From a virus (taxonomy: Duplodnaviria; Caudoviricetes), in IMG/VR virus record IMGVR_UViG_3300032313_000663, positions 1-54,303 of that record: a DNA stretch of 54,303 nucleotides; one strand, given 5' to 3'. The position numbers and the translations under genes were made by a program. Under the pieces are notes generated by a model. It did not search any database and had not been told where the DNA came from. It saw only the letters and a program-made list of their open reading frames with translations. The first letter of the stretch is position 1. Every line of letters starts with the position of its first letter. Below, piece after piece: positions 8,400 to 17,117 of this stretch.

Positions 8400-8638
8400 C
8401 ATCCAAACGGAAACCCATTGCGTGGTGCGTTGTAGACGAAAAGCGTTCGCCCATTCACCTATCGCACGTCTACAGAACAAAAGCAGAAGCCATGTGGTGG
8501 GGCGATTTCATTGCTGGCTATAGCGGCGAGCCGGTGCGGGTTATGCCGTTGTGCGCAGGGTTATCGATAGTGTTTCCGCCGAGAGGAAAGAAACAAAAAG
8601 GGCCGACAAAACTGTGGATTCCAAAACGTGTTTTGTAA
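8396..8638 (+). CDS. Hypothetical protein
   Basis: ATGA coupled; PIAW...VMPL pattern like its neighbours. Confidence 0.6.
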   Translation: MTSKRKPIAWCVVDEKRSPIHLSHVYRTKAEAMWWGDFIAGYSGEPVRVMPLCAGLSIVFPPRGKKQKGPTKLWIPKRVL

Positions 8639-8648
8639 GGTGTGCGAA

Positions 8649-9035
8649 ATGAGCAAAGAACCCGCCGCATGGCTCGCCGTTGCCACTGATGGCAGCGAAA
8701 GCTCTGCCGTATACATTCTGAAAGAGCAGGCAGACGCCGCCGCCAGAGAGTGGGGCTGGACGGTCGTCCCGCTCTATGCGTTGCCATCACGGCGGGCTGA
8801 AGACGAAATCGCCATTGAAGCAGCGTGGGAACGCACCGGGCTAAAGCCCACATGGCCCGACGACGAGCCGGGGTGCGGCGTGAAGTATGCCCACGCGATG
8901 GCGGATGAGATTCTGCGGCTCCGTCTTACCGCAGAGGAGCGGGAGGCGGTTGAGGCGGCTATCTTCTCGTCTGAAGTGGAGGGCGAAAGGTTTTACGCCG
9001 CCACGCTTCGCTCGCTGCTGGAGCGGCTGAAATGA
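8649..9035 (+). CDS. Mosaic protein
   Basis: EPAAW...VVPLY...LTAEEREAVEAA...AATLRSLLERLK. Confidence 0.7.
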   Translation: MSKEPAAWLAVATDGSESSAVYILKEQADAAAREWGWTVVPLYALPSRRAEDEIAIEAAWERTGLKPTWPDDEPGCGVKYAHAMADEILRLRLTAEEREAVEAAIFSSEVEGERFYAATLRSLLERLK

Positions 9036-9130
9036 ACCGAGGCGTGTGCCATAGGTGTGCAGGCCGATGGATGCGGTGCTGGAAGTGCCAAGTTGGCACG
9101 CTCCGCTCCCTGCTGGAGCGACTTAAATGA
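9032..9130 (+). CDS. 32-aa CxxC-CxxC mini-protein with LLERLK tail (not in ORF track)
   Basis: MNRGVCHRCAGRWMRCWKCQVGTLRSLLERLK; ATGA overlaps at both ends. Confidence 0.7.
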   Translation: MNRGVCHRCAGRWMRCWKCQVGTLRSLLERLK

Positions 9131-9609
9131 ACACCATCGACCGACGGGCTTACGAGGGAGACATCGTCTCTCGGCTTCGCCACTGGCGCGGGCTGCACCT
9201 CGCTCACAGCGGTGAGCTTTTCGAGGAGGCGGCTAATGAGATCGCTCGCCTTCGCGGTGACGCGCAGGTTGCGAGACTGCGTCTAGAAGCGGCGCAGGGA
9301 GAGAACGCCACGCTCACCGTTCCGTGGAGCGTCGCGGCTTCGACGAGCCACGCCAGCTACTACTCTGCCCCGGTGCTTCCAAAGGGATTCGAGCCGATCA
9401 GGCTCGACGGATGGATGCCGACGAGCCAGCGTCTCCCTCCAGACGGCGAGACCGTCCTCTGGTATGCCCCTGAAGACAAGTTCTGCAAGTGGCTGTTGGG
9501 CAAAAAAGAAGGCGGAGGCCTTGACTGGGGCGGCGATCTGAACAGCCCGCTCACCGTATACACGCACTGGCGACATCTTCCGGGTCCGCCGCCGCCGTCC
9601 GTAAAATGA
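9127..9609 (+). CDS. Hypothetical protein with DUF551-like C-terminus
   Basis: DIVSRLR...EAANEIARLR...WMPTSQRLP...THWRHLPGPP. Confidence 0.75.
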   Translation: MNTIDRRAYEGDIVSRLRHWRGLHLAHSGELFEEAANEIARLRGDAQVARLRLEAAQGENATLTVPWSVAASTSHASYYSAPVLPKGFEPIRLDGWMPTSQRLPPDGETVLWYAPEDKFCKWLLGKKEGGGLDWGGDLNSPLTVYTHWRHLPGPPPPSVK

Positions 9610-9615
9610 ACGTAG

Positions 9616-10305
9616 ATGCCCAAGCCACAACGAGTGAAAAAGTCTCGACCGAAGCAGCCGATAGACATCGAGCCGCTTCGCGAAGTCGAGGTCACGCCGC
9701 TCAACCGACAGCAAGACGCTGCCCTCAAGGCTATGTCTCGCTCGTCGATCTCGTTTCTTCTCGGCCCGGCCGGGACGGGCAAGACTCATCTCGCGTGCGG
9801 CTATGCTGCACGGTGCGTGGCTGACGGGCGTTTCGAGAGGATCATTCTCACACGTCCGATCGTCGAGGCTGGCGAGTCTCTCGGCTATCTGCCCGGCACG
9901 TTCGAGGAAAAAGCGGCTCCGTATCTGTTGCCGATCCACGACGCGCTCGATGCCGTGGCCGGTCGCACGGGTCGGCGTCGCGAGCAGATGCGTGCCGTTC
10001 TGCAAGTCGCGCCGCTCGCCTACATGCGAGGCCGCACGTTCAACCGCTCGATCATCGTCGTCGATGAGTCTCAGAACTGCACGCTCTCGCAGTTGAAACT
10101 CGTGATCTCAAGACTGGGCCGAGACTCGCAGATGATCCTGACTGGCGACCTCTCGCAGAGCGACCTTCGCAACCACGAACAGGCTCTCGGAACGGTAGTC
10201 AATAAACTTGAAGGCCTGCCGGGAGTCACCGTTTTCCGTTTCGACTCGACCGGGATTGTCCGCCACCCGATTCTTCAGGGTGTGCTGGATCGCCTCGAAA
10301 AATAG
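9616..10305 (+). CDS. phoH: PhoH family ATPase
   Basis: GPAGTGKT, LGYLPG, PLAYMRGRTF, DESQN, GDLSQSD, IVRHP. Confidence 0.95.
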   Translation: MPKPQRVKKSRPKQPIDIEPLREVEVTPLNRQQDAALKAMSRSSISFLLGPAGTGKTHLACGYAARCVADGRFERIILTRPIVEAGESLGYLPGTFEEKAAPYLLPIHDALDAVAGRTGRRREQMRAVLQVAPLAYMRGRTFNRSIIVVDESQNCTLSQLKLVISRLGRDSQMILTGDLSQSDLRNHEQALGTVVNKLEGLPGVTVFRFDSTGIVRHPILQGVLDRLEK

Positions 10306-10343
10306 GCGTTTTTCGCTTTTGTGTCATAGCGAGAGACTTACAC

Positions 10344-10372
10344 TTGACAATAGACTGACCTCAGTCTACCAT
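10344..10372 (+). promoter_or_regulatory. Sigma70-type promoter with palindrome in spacer
   Basis: TTGACA-17-TACCAT; TAGACTGA-CC-TCAGTCTA at 10351-10368. Confidence 0.85.
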
Positions 10373-10414
10373 AGGGGCACAGTCGAAATCACCCCTCAGC
10401 AAAGGAGTCCACCA

Positions 10415-11500
10415 GTGAACACAACTCTCGCCGCTCCCGCATGGAAGTCTTACTGCGTCGGCACCATCGTCCGCCTCGACGACGGCCGCAACTTCCAGAT
10501 CAACGAGATCAGCATTGTCCATACGGACCGTGGCTACAACTCCCGCCGGTTCACGCTCTCCGGCCCCGGCGGCAAGACGGTGGTCAAGAGCAGCCGTGGA
10601 ATCACCCTCTGGGTGGCAGGCTTGGAGAACGATCGGGGCGAGCCGACGCCCGCCCCGAAGCCGATCGCCAAGCCTCCGGTCTCGCCGGTCGTCACGACGG
10701 CGGGCAAGATTCAGCACGCCTACTTCGAGGCCTTGCTGCGGATCGTCAAGGCACGTCGCAACTCGTGGCTCTGCGGCCCGGCGGGCAGCGGTAAGACGAC
10801 GTCGGCCAGCGAGGTGGCGAAGCTTCTCGGCCTGCGTTTCTTTGCCAAGTCTGTCGGCCCGCAGGTGACCGAGTCGAGCCTGCTCGGCTATCAGGACGCC
10901 AACGGTAAGACTGTCCGGACGCAGCTTCGCGAGGCTTTCGAGCATGGGGGCGTCTTCCTGCTCGACGAGGTCGATGCCGCCTCGCCTGCCGTGCTGGTCG
11001 TGATCAACGCCCTGCTCGCCAACGGCGAGGCTTCCTTCCCCGACGCGGTCGTCGAGAAGCATCCGGACTTCGTGTTGATCGCCGGGGCGAACACGATCGG
11101 CCTCGGTGCGGATCGCCAGTACGTGGGACGTCAGCAGATCGACGCTGCCACGCTCGATCGGTTCGTCCTGCTCGACTGGCCCTACGATCCCCGGATCGAG
11201 GCGGCTGCGGCTGGCGTGGCCGTGTCGGCTGTGTCGGCATCCGTCTGCCCCTCCCCTTTCCGCTTCGAGGGCGAGGACGGTGCGGAGGCTCGCTGCTACA
11301 AGTACGTAGAGCGGGTCGTCGCGATCCGCAACGCCGTGGCGGGCTTCGGCAAGGCGGTCCGCGTGATCGTCAGCCCCCGCGCCTCGATCAACGGCACTGC
11401 CCTGATCCGGCAGGGCTTCTCGATCGACGATGCCCTGAACCTCTGCGTCTGGAAAGGTCTGGATACGGACACCCGGAAGAAGATCGAGGGGGCTTGCTAA
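10415..11500 (+). CDS. MoxR/CbbQ/CobS-like AAA+ ATPase with extra N-terminal domain
   Basis: GPAGSGKT, FLLDEVD, GANT, DAATLDRF, SPRA; AAGGAG RBS before GTG. Confidence 0.9.
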   Translation: MNTTLAAPAWKSYCVGTIVRLDDGRNFQINEISIVHTDRGYNSRRFTLSGPGGKTVVKSSRGITLWVAGLENDRGEPTPAPKPIAKPPVSPVVTTAGKIQHAYFEALLRIVKARRNSWLCGPAGSGKTTSASEVAKLLGLRFFAKSVGPQVTESSLLGYQDANGKTVRTQLREAFEHGGVFLLDEVDAASPAVLVVINALLANGEASFPDAVVEKHPDFVLIAGANTIGLGADRQYVGRQQIDAATLDRFVLLDWPYDPRIEAAAAGVAVSAVSASVCPSPFRFEGEDGAEARCYKYVERVVAIRNAVAGFGKAVRVIVSPRASINGTALIRQGFSIDDALNLCVWKGLDTDTRKKIEGAC

Positions 11501-11522
11501 ACTACGGACCTCCGTGTATACT
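11494..11522 (+). promoter_or_regulatory. Sigma70-type promoter with operator
   Basis: TTGCTA-17-TATACT; ACGGACCTCCGT at 11504-11515. Confidence 0.75.
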
Positions 11523-11555
11523 CAACCACCACCCCGCCAATCAGGAGACTTACCA

Positions 11556-12368
11556 GTGAAGATCGTTCAGAAGAATTTCGAGTCGTTCGACGAGTTCGTC
11601 GCCCAGTCGCTCGTGGTCCCGGCCAACTGCCGGTCGAGCCGCCGCACCAACTCGCCAAGCTTTCACGGCACGGCGAACTTTGAGGAGGCCGTCGCGATCG
11701 CTCGCACCGGCTGGCCGGAGGGGGCCAAGAGGGCGGTCGAGATCGGTGCCAGCGTGTCGTCTGCGGTTCGCGACGTGATCAATGCAAACGCCTCCGGCTA
11801 CGCTTGGGACGTCGCTGGGCAGTTCATCGACATCGGCCGATATCTAACCGGAGAGCCCGAGTGCTTCGGCACGACGATCGAGGAAACGGACGCGATCAAG
11901 AGCCCGGTCATTAAGCTCGTGGTCAACTTGTCGGCGAGTGCGTCTGTCGGTGCCGACACGCTGGTGGCTCGTGGAGTGGCCGTCGTCGCAGCCGTCGATA
12001 TCCTCGAAGCGGCGGGTCGTCGCGTTGAGGTCGTGGCAGCGACGGCTCACTGCTCGTACAGCACCCAGCTTGAGATTCGCATTCCGGTCAAGTCTGCCGG
12101 TCAGCCGCTCGACATCGACCGTCTGGCGTTCTGCTTGGCTCACCCGTCGTGCTACCGTCGCCTGATCTGGAGCATCTCGGAGCAGCACGGCGTGCTGCCC
12201 TCCGCCTGCACACCAGAGAGCGTGACCCCGGAGGGCGACGAGATCGCCACCCGGCACTTCTACGGTGCCGTCGACAAGTCTCGCCTGCTCGATGAGATCA
12301 AGTGGATTTGCGACCAGTGCGGAGTCGAGATTCCGCAGAAACAGATCGACGCTCTGGCCGCAGCCTGA
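11556..12368 (+). CDS. vWA-like partner of the AAA ATPase
   Basis: DIGRYLTGEPEC, MIDAS-like NLSAS, LAFCLAHPSCYRR; adjacent to the AAA gene. Confidence 0.7.
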   Translation: MKIVQKNFESFDEFVAQSLVVPANCRSSRRTNSPSFHGTANFEEAVAIARTGWPEGAKRAVEIGASVSSAVRDVINANASGYAWDVAGQFIDIGRYLTGEPECFGTTIEETDAIKSPVIKLVVNLSASASVGADTLVARGVAVVAAVDILEAAGRRVEVVAATAHCSYSTQLEIRIPVKSAGQPLDIDRLAFCLAHPSCYRRLIWSISEQHGVLPSACTPESVTPEGDEIATRHFYGAVDKSRLLDEIKWICDQCGVEIPQKQIDALAAA

Positions 12369-12408
12369 TTGTCTGGATACCGTCACCGCCAGCCGAGGAG
12401 ACTAAGCA

Positions 12409-12657
12409 ATGCACCAGATCAAACCGACGACATCGTTCGCAGGGACGCCGCGAGACCGGATGGCAGACGCACTGGCGTCAGTCGCCAACGCTCTCGAAGC
12501 GGCTCAGAGGCTCATGGGCGAGGCGACTCCCCACGGGCGTGACTACCGTGATCAATCGCAGTGGGCGATCGATCGCAGCGAGTCGGATCGTCGCATCCGT
12601 CTCGTCGAGGAGTTGGTGCGGCAATACTGGGCCGAGGCAGTCTCGGCCCAAGAGTGA
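12409..12657 (+). CDS. Hypothetical protein
   Basis: GAGGAG RBS; PHGRDY motif. Confidence 0.7.
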   Translation: MHQIKPTTSFAGTPRDRMADALASVANALEAAQRLMGEATPHGRDYRDQSQWAIDRSESDRRIRLVEELVRQYWAEAVSAQE

Positions 12658-12683
12658 TCAAACATCAACGAAAGGGACAAGAC

Positions 12684-12911
12684 ATGGGTGCCATACTTCG
12701 ATGGGGGACGGTGCAGATCAACAGGCAACAGGTCGATGCGGCCTGTGAGTTTTTTGCGGACGATCCGTATGCGGCGCACCGTGTTCGCAAAGACGCGGAG
12801 GACTACGCCGGGTACTGGTTCAATGTTGAGCTACCAGCGGACGATGCTCGCAAGCTTGCGGCGTTCTTCGGGAAGGCGTGCTACGAGCGGGATGGCAGCG
12901 TTGGCAACTGA
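12684..12911 (+). CDS. Hypothetical protein
   Basis: AAGGGA RBS. Confidence 0.6.
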   Translation: MGAILRWGTVQINRQQVDAACEFFADDPYAAHRVRKDAEDYAGYWFNVELPADDARKLAAFFGKACYERDGSVGN

Positions 12912-12923
12912 GGAGACTTACTT

Positions 12924-13115
12924 GTGAAGACATACAGACTTCGAGACGTCCGCTACTGGTGCGACCGCGAGACTCGCGTCTGGTGGGCGGCGCGGTATGA
13001 CGCCGACGGCAACCAGATCGGGGACGCGATTCATGCGGCCACGTTCGACGGCATCCGCCGGGAGATCGACGCCTGCCTTGTCGAGAATTCCGAAAAAACC
13101 CCAAAATCACCGTGA
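12924..13115 (+). CDS. Hypothetical protein
   Basis: GAGGAG RBS; YDADGNQIGDA. Confidence 0.7.
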   Translation: MKTYRLRDVRYWCDRETRVWWAARYDADGNQIGDAIHAATFDGIRREIDACLVENSEKTPKSP

Positions 13116-13125
13116 TTTAGACCAC

Positions 13126-13154
13126 TTGCAATGTACGGAGGTCCGTGCTATAAT
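13126..13154 (+). promoter_or_regulatory. Sigma70-type promoter with operator
   Basis: TTGCAA-17-TATAAT with TGn extension; ACGGAGGTCCGT at 13135-13146. Confidence 0.85.
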
Positions 13155-13197
13155 GCAGGGGTCGAGACGAGACACCAGCCACAAAGGAGACTTACCA

Positions 13198-13545
13198 GTG
13201 AACAACGAAACTTACGGCGTGACAGCCAAGCGGATCGCGAAGGGCAGCAAGAAGGTCGTGGTCGTGACGTTCGCCGACGGGAGCCAGAAGACCCTCGGCG
13301 GGGCAAGGGCTGAGCGGGCCACTGCCGTGGTTATCTGCCAGAGTGCAAGGCCCGATTGGGGCGGCACAGAAGGCCACTGGGCGTACAATCTGCACGTCGT
13401 CGGTCTGCGGTCGGACGCCTCGAAAGCGGCGGCTGAGGCTCGCGGGCTGCTTCACCCGGCACCGCCCCGCCCCAGCCGCGTGGACCGCAACCCCTCTCCC
13501 CGCCCCCCGGCCCTCAAGGCCGCAGCCATCACGGTCGAAGACTGA
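13198..13545 (+). CDS. Hypothetical protein
   Basis: AAAGGAGACTTACCAGTG leader. Confidence 0.7.
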   Translation: MNNETYGVTAKRIAKGSKKVVVVTFADGSQKTLGGARAERATAVVICQSARPDWGGTEGHWAYNLHVVGLRSDASKAAAEARGLLHPAPPRPSRVDRNPSPRPPALKAAAITVED

Positions 13546-13549
13546 CCAC

Positions 13550-13578
13550 TTGACACTGTTCGGACCTCAGCATATACT
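13550..13578 (+). promoter_or_regulatory. Sigma70-type promoter with operator
   Basis: TTGACA-17-TATACT; TCGGACCTCAGC at 13560-13571. Confidence 0.8.
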
Positions 13579-13584
13579 TCCGTC

Positions 13585-13779
13585 ATGAGCAACATCACCA
13601 AGCAACTCGAAAAACTCGCAGCCGCCCCGGCGGGCACGCTGCGTCGGATCGCCAAGACGTGGGTCTTGTTCGTTCCGAAAAGCTACGGAGCCGCTCGATT
13701 CAGCATCGACGGCCAAGAGTTCGACATCGACGGTGCGGTCGCGAGACTCACCCAGACCAACGAAGGAGACGCCAAGTGA
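13585..13779 (+). CDS. Hypothetical protein, probably leaderless
   Basis: ATG 7 nt after the -10 box; no RBS. Confidence 0.65.
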   Translation: MSNITKQLEKLAAAPAGTLRRIAKTWVLFVPKSYGAARFSIDGQEFDIDGAVARLTQTNEGDAK

Positions 13780-14027
13780 ACACTCAATTCCAAGTCGGCC
13801 AGACCTACCGCTGCCGGTCGATCTGCGACCACAACTGCATCTGGGACTACACCGTCGTCGCCCGGACGGCCAAGACGGTAGTCCTGCTCGAAGCGGAGCA
13901 TCCGGCTCGTCGCCGGTCGTCCTTCCGTTGCAAGATCAAGGTCCACGAAGGCGTCGAGACCGTCAGCCCGCAAGGCCGGTTCTCGTTCGCTCCCGTCCTG
14001 ACCGCTGAGAAGCTTGTCACCGCCTGA
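13776..14027 (+). CDS. Conserved small phage protein
   Basis: FQVGQTY...RSICDHNC...VARTAKTV...FAPVL. Confidence 0.75.
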   Translation: MNTQFQVGQTYRCRSICDHNCIWDYTVVARTAKTVVLLEAEHPARRRSSFRCKIKVHEGVETVSPQGRFSFAPVLTAEKLVTA

Positions 14028-14073
14028 ATTGTCCGGATACACTCGCCACCCTCAAGACTCAAGGAGACTCCCA

Positions 14074-14892
14074 GTGAACACCATCTACATCAACCTGAAG
14101 TCGAAGTCGAACTACGCCGCCGAGACTCTGATCCTGTCGGAGAACGGCAGCGGCATCCTGATCGGTGACGCCCCTGCCTTCGCCGCCCAGTGGGGCAAGA
14201 CGAACGCCAGCCACGGCGTCAGCTACACCGTGACCAACGAGGCAGGCGACGTCCTTGCCAGCGAGACAGTCAGCATCGCGATCAAGCCGCTTGCAGACAC
14301 GCTGCGGCTCGACTCGCGGCACCAGTTCTTCGGCGTGCTGGAGGCTCTCCAGCAGTACGTGGACAACTGCGAAGACGCTGAGTACCTCATCGAGGACTCG
14401 AAGCACGAGGAGTTTCGGGCCAAGCTGGACGCCGTCGCCGCCCTGCGGGATCAACTCGACGACGTGCTGGCGTCTCTGGCGGACGCACCTAAGTTCAAGA
14501 TCGAGCCGAAGCCGGAGGTTGGCATCCCGCAGCCGAAGCAAGTCGAGTTGCACCTCGGCCCATCGGCGTCGTTCACGAAATACTCCAAGCGGGTCAAGGC
14601 GTTGGGCGGCAAGTACACCGACTGCCGTGGCAACACCTACAAGCGTTTCGTGACCCTGCCGTGGACCCCCGAAGGCCGCGAGTTGGCCGACAAGCTCGTC
14701 GCAGAGTTTGGCTGGAGCAAGGACACAACCCTGATCGTGCGTGGCGTCGACAGGTTCCGAAACAAGCACGTTCACGCTTGTGTGGTCGTTCATCACGTCG
14801 CCGCAAGCGAGGGCAACGCCTGCGAGCGGCTGCTCGCGAAGTACGAGGCCGCTTTCGAGCGAGCCTTCCCCGATTGTCTCGCAAGTGTTTAG
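14074..14892 (+). CDS. Hypothetical, probably multi-segment protein
   Basis: AAGGAGACTCCCAGTG leader; 272 aa. Confidence 0.75.
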   Translation: MNTIYINLKSKSNYAAETLILSENGSGILIGDAPAFAAQWGKTNASHGVSYTVTNEAGDVLASETVSIAIKPLADTLRLDSRHQFFGVLEALQQYVDNCEDAEYLIEDSKHEEFRAKLDAVAALRDQLDDVLASLADAPKFKIEPKPEVGIPQPKQVELHLGPSASFTKYSKRVKALGGKYTDCRGNTYKRFVTLPWTPEGRELADKLVAEFGWSKDTTLIVRGVDRFRNKHVHACVVVHHVAASEGNACERLLAKYEAAFERAFPDCLASV

Positions 14893-14932
14893 TACGGACG
14901 CCATCACCTCAAGACCGAAAGGAACCAAACCC

Positions 14933-15226
14933 GTGAACATCATCAAGCCCGGCCAGACCGTCTACATCATCCGTCGCTTCCCCTCGTGGGGTATCGAGGA
15001 CAACGTGGTCAAGCAAGTCTTGACCTACGACGGTCGCGAGTACAACGAGTCGCACGGCGACGACTGCTATATCGGCTTCAAGCACGCACGAGAGTGGCAC
15101 AAGCACGACGAGGTCTATGTGATTGAGAACGACGCCAAGCTGGCTCTCGCCGCCAAGCTTCGCGACGAGGCGAAGTCGCGCGTGGCGTGGGCAAAGAAAC
15201 TTGAAAAGGAGGTCGCCAATGCGTGA
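14933..15226 (+). CDS. Hypothetical protein
   Basis: AAAGGA RBS then CCCGTG. Confidence 0.7.
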   Translation: MNIIKPGQTVYIIRRFPSWGIEDNVVKQVLTYDGREYNESHGDDCYIGFKHAREWHKHDEVYVIENDAKLALAAKLRDEAKSRVAWAKKLEKEVANA

Positions 15227-15392
15227 ATGCCCCTGCGGCTCAGGCTGCAAAAGTTGGTGGGAGAACGACGCCCGTGGAATCCCACTGGCTCGCGTCTGCC
15301 CGAAGTGTCGAGCCCAGAAGCTCGCGAAGTTTCGACCCGAAGTGTTGACCAACCCTCAGTACGAGACCGACGAACCCATAGAAGGAGACTGA
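15219..15392 (+). CDS. Small zinc-binding protein
   Basis: CPCGSG...DARGIPLARVCPKC; AAGGAGG RBS. Confidence 0.75.
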   Translation: MRECPCGSGCKSWWENDARGIPLARVCPKCRAQKLAKFRPEVLTNPQYETDEPIEGD

Positions 15393-15395
15393 CCC

Positions 15396-15584
15396 GTGGA
15401 ACTCATCATCAAAATCAACCTCGACAACGACGCCTTCGTCGAGAGCAAGTTCGAGGTCGCACGCTGCCTCTCGAAGGTGGCTGGCGAAATCCTCGACACG
15501 CCGGGGCAAGGCTGCGTGAATAGCAGCGGCATCATCCGCGACTCGAACGGCAACGGCGTCGGACAGTGGGACATCATCGACTGA
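15396..15584 (+). CDS. Conserved small phage protein
   Basis: INLDNDAF...IRDSNGNGVG. Confidence 0.75.
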   Translation: MELIIKINLDNDAFVESKFEVARCLSKVAGEILDTPGQGCVNSSGIIRDSNGNGVGQWDIID

Positions 15585-15626
15585 TAGTACGGACTCCATC
15601 ACCCATCACCTGAAAGGAACCCAGCA

Positions 15627-15842
15627 ATGTTTGTTTGGCCCAGCATCACCGGAAGAATCCAGTGTCAGAACAAGCCATTCTCGCCGATCGTCCCCGAGAC
15701 TCTCGGCGAGGCTGCGAGTCTCGAAAAGACCACGATCGAGTACCTGTGTTTGGCGGCGGTGTATCAGTTGCTCGAAGAGGGCAAGCTGACTCCCGCCGAC
15801 ATCCAGCAAGCATTTAAGCGAGGTGAATCTTCATCGTTGTGA
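15627..15842 (+). CDS. Hypothetical protein
   Basis: AAAGGA RBS. Confidence 0.65.
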   Translation: MFVWPSITGRIQCQNKPFSPIVPETLGEAASLEKTTIEYLCLAAVYQLLEEGKLTPADIQQAFKRGESSSL

Positions 15843-15921
15843 ACCCGGAACTCGTGAGACTCGCCACCGTGGCGCAAGTCCAACTTCGACAGGTCACTCT
15901 CAAGACTAAGGCGGTGCTGAA

Positions 15922-16200
15922 GTGAAACCATTCCGACTCTCAGCCAACTGGGTGGCCTACGCACACGGCCCGGCGGCGGACGATCGCCAGCCGTCGGCAG
16001 TCGAACTCTGCGACCTGATCACGGAGCGAGACTACGTGCTGGTGCCGGGCGACCGGCTCGACCTCATCAGGGAGATCATCGACGTGGCAGGCCTGTACTC
16101 GTCGGCCTACGGCGGCGACCGGGAGGAGAAGCTTCAGGCGGCACGGGCGAGGCAGTTGATTCAACGAGCGTGCAAGCACATCGAGGAGACAAGCAAGTGA
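15922..16200 (+). CDS. Hypothetical protein
   Basis: Open frame coupled to the next gene. Confidence 0.6.
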   Translation: MKPFRLSANWVAYAHGPAADDRQPSAVELCDLITERDYVLVPGDRLDLIREIIDVAGLYSSAYGGDREEKLQAARARQLIQRACKHIEETSK

Positions 16201-16469
16201 CTCAAATCGAAATAGGTCAGGTTGTGGCTACCCGTGGCGTGGCGGATTGGATGCAAGGCACGCACGAGGTCGCAGTCGCACGGGCGGTCTGGCGGCATCG
16301 GAATAGAGACTGGGGCAAGGTCTGCCCAGAAGACAAGGCGACGAACGACGAGGCCGTGCGTGACGGCAACCGGCTGCTCTCGTGCTACGAGGTAGGCGGG
16401 CGAGACTTGTGGGTGATCACGGAGTGGGACCGAAGTGTTACCACCATCCTTTTTCCGGAGGAATACTGA
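16197..16469 (+). CDS. Conserved plasmid/phage small protein
   Basis: GQVVATRGV...DWG...RLLSCY...WVITEWDRSVTTILFPEEY. Confidence 0.85.
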   Translation: MTQIEIGQVVATRGVADWMQGTHEVAVARAVWRHRNRDWGKVCPEDKATNDEAVRDGNRLLSCYEVGGRDLWVITEWDRSVTTILFPEEY

Positions 16470-16900
16470 TGCAAGTAATGAAGCACGCCGTGTCCGTCGT
16501 GACTCGCGACGGCCACGAGGTCGAGTGGTTCGCAAACGAGAAGGACGCGTCTGCCTACGTGCAGCACGTCTACGGCCTGTCTCCGTATGACCTGATCGGC
16601 CACGAGAGCGTGTCGATCGGCGGCATCAGGGAGCCCCGCGCCGGTGATCTGGTCAAGACTCCAGAGGGGCTCGCGATGCTGGGCGGAGACGGGTCTGCGA
16701 CGCTCAACGCACGGACGTTCCGGGCCGGGCCACGAGTCTCGTGTTCTGGAGGCCCGGAAGTGCCCGTAGACGTCGACCGGCTGCGGCTCGTGGGTCTGGA
16801 GAGGGCTCAAGTCTGGCGGTGGGCAGACGGCTATCCTGCGGCCCATAACGACGGCTACTACGGCGTCACCGTGCCGGTCTGGGAGGAGGGAAAAGCATGA
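16469..16900 (+). CDS. Hypothetical protein
   Basis: TGATG coupling; SCSGGP...WRWADG. Confidence 0.7.
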   Translation: MQVMKHAVSVVTRDGHEVEWFANEKDASAYVQHVYGLSPYDLIGHESVSIGGIREPRAGDLVKTPEGLAMLGGDGSATLNARTFRAGPRVSCSGGPEVPVDVDRLRLVGLERAQVWRWADGYPAAHNDGYYGVTVPVWEEGKA

Positions 16901-17019
16901 ACAGGATCATCGAGTCCCTGCTCCTGATCCGACTGGGGCAGGAACTGGGGACGGACAGTCCACTTGCCCGAGCCGTTGCGGAATTGCTGGAACTGGCCGT
17001 AAAACAGGGATTTTTGTGA
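16897..17019 (+). CDS. 40-aa hypothetical protein (not in ORF track)
   Basis: GGAGG RBS, ATGA overlap; MNRIIESLLLIRLGQELGTDS... Confidence 0.6.
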   Translation: MNRIIESLLLIRLGQELGTDSPLARAVAELLELAVKQGFL

Positions 17020-17046
17020 ATTGTGTCATAGCAACTTGCCAAGGGC

Positions 17047-17075
17047 TTGACATACTACTGACCTCCGTCTATACT
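17047..17075 (+). promoter_or_regulatory. Sigma70-type promoter with operator
   Basis: TTGACA-17-TATACT; ACTGACCTCCGT at 17057-17068. Confidence 0.85.
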
Positions 17076-17117
17076 TCGTGGGACGAGTGAACGACACCTC
17101 AGCCAAAGGAGCTACCA

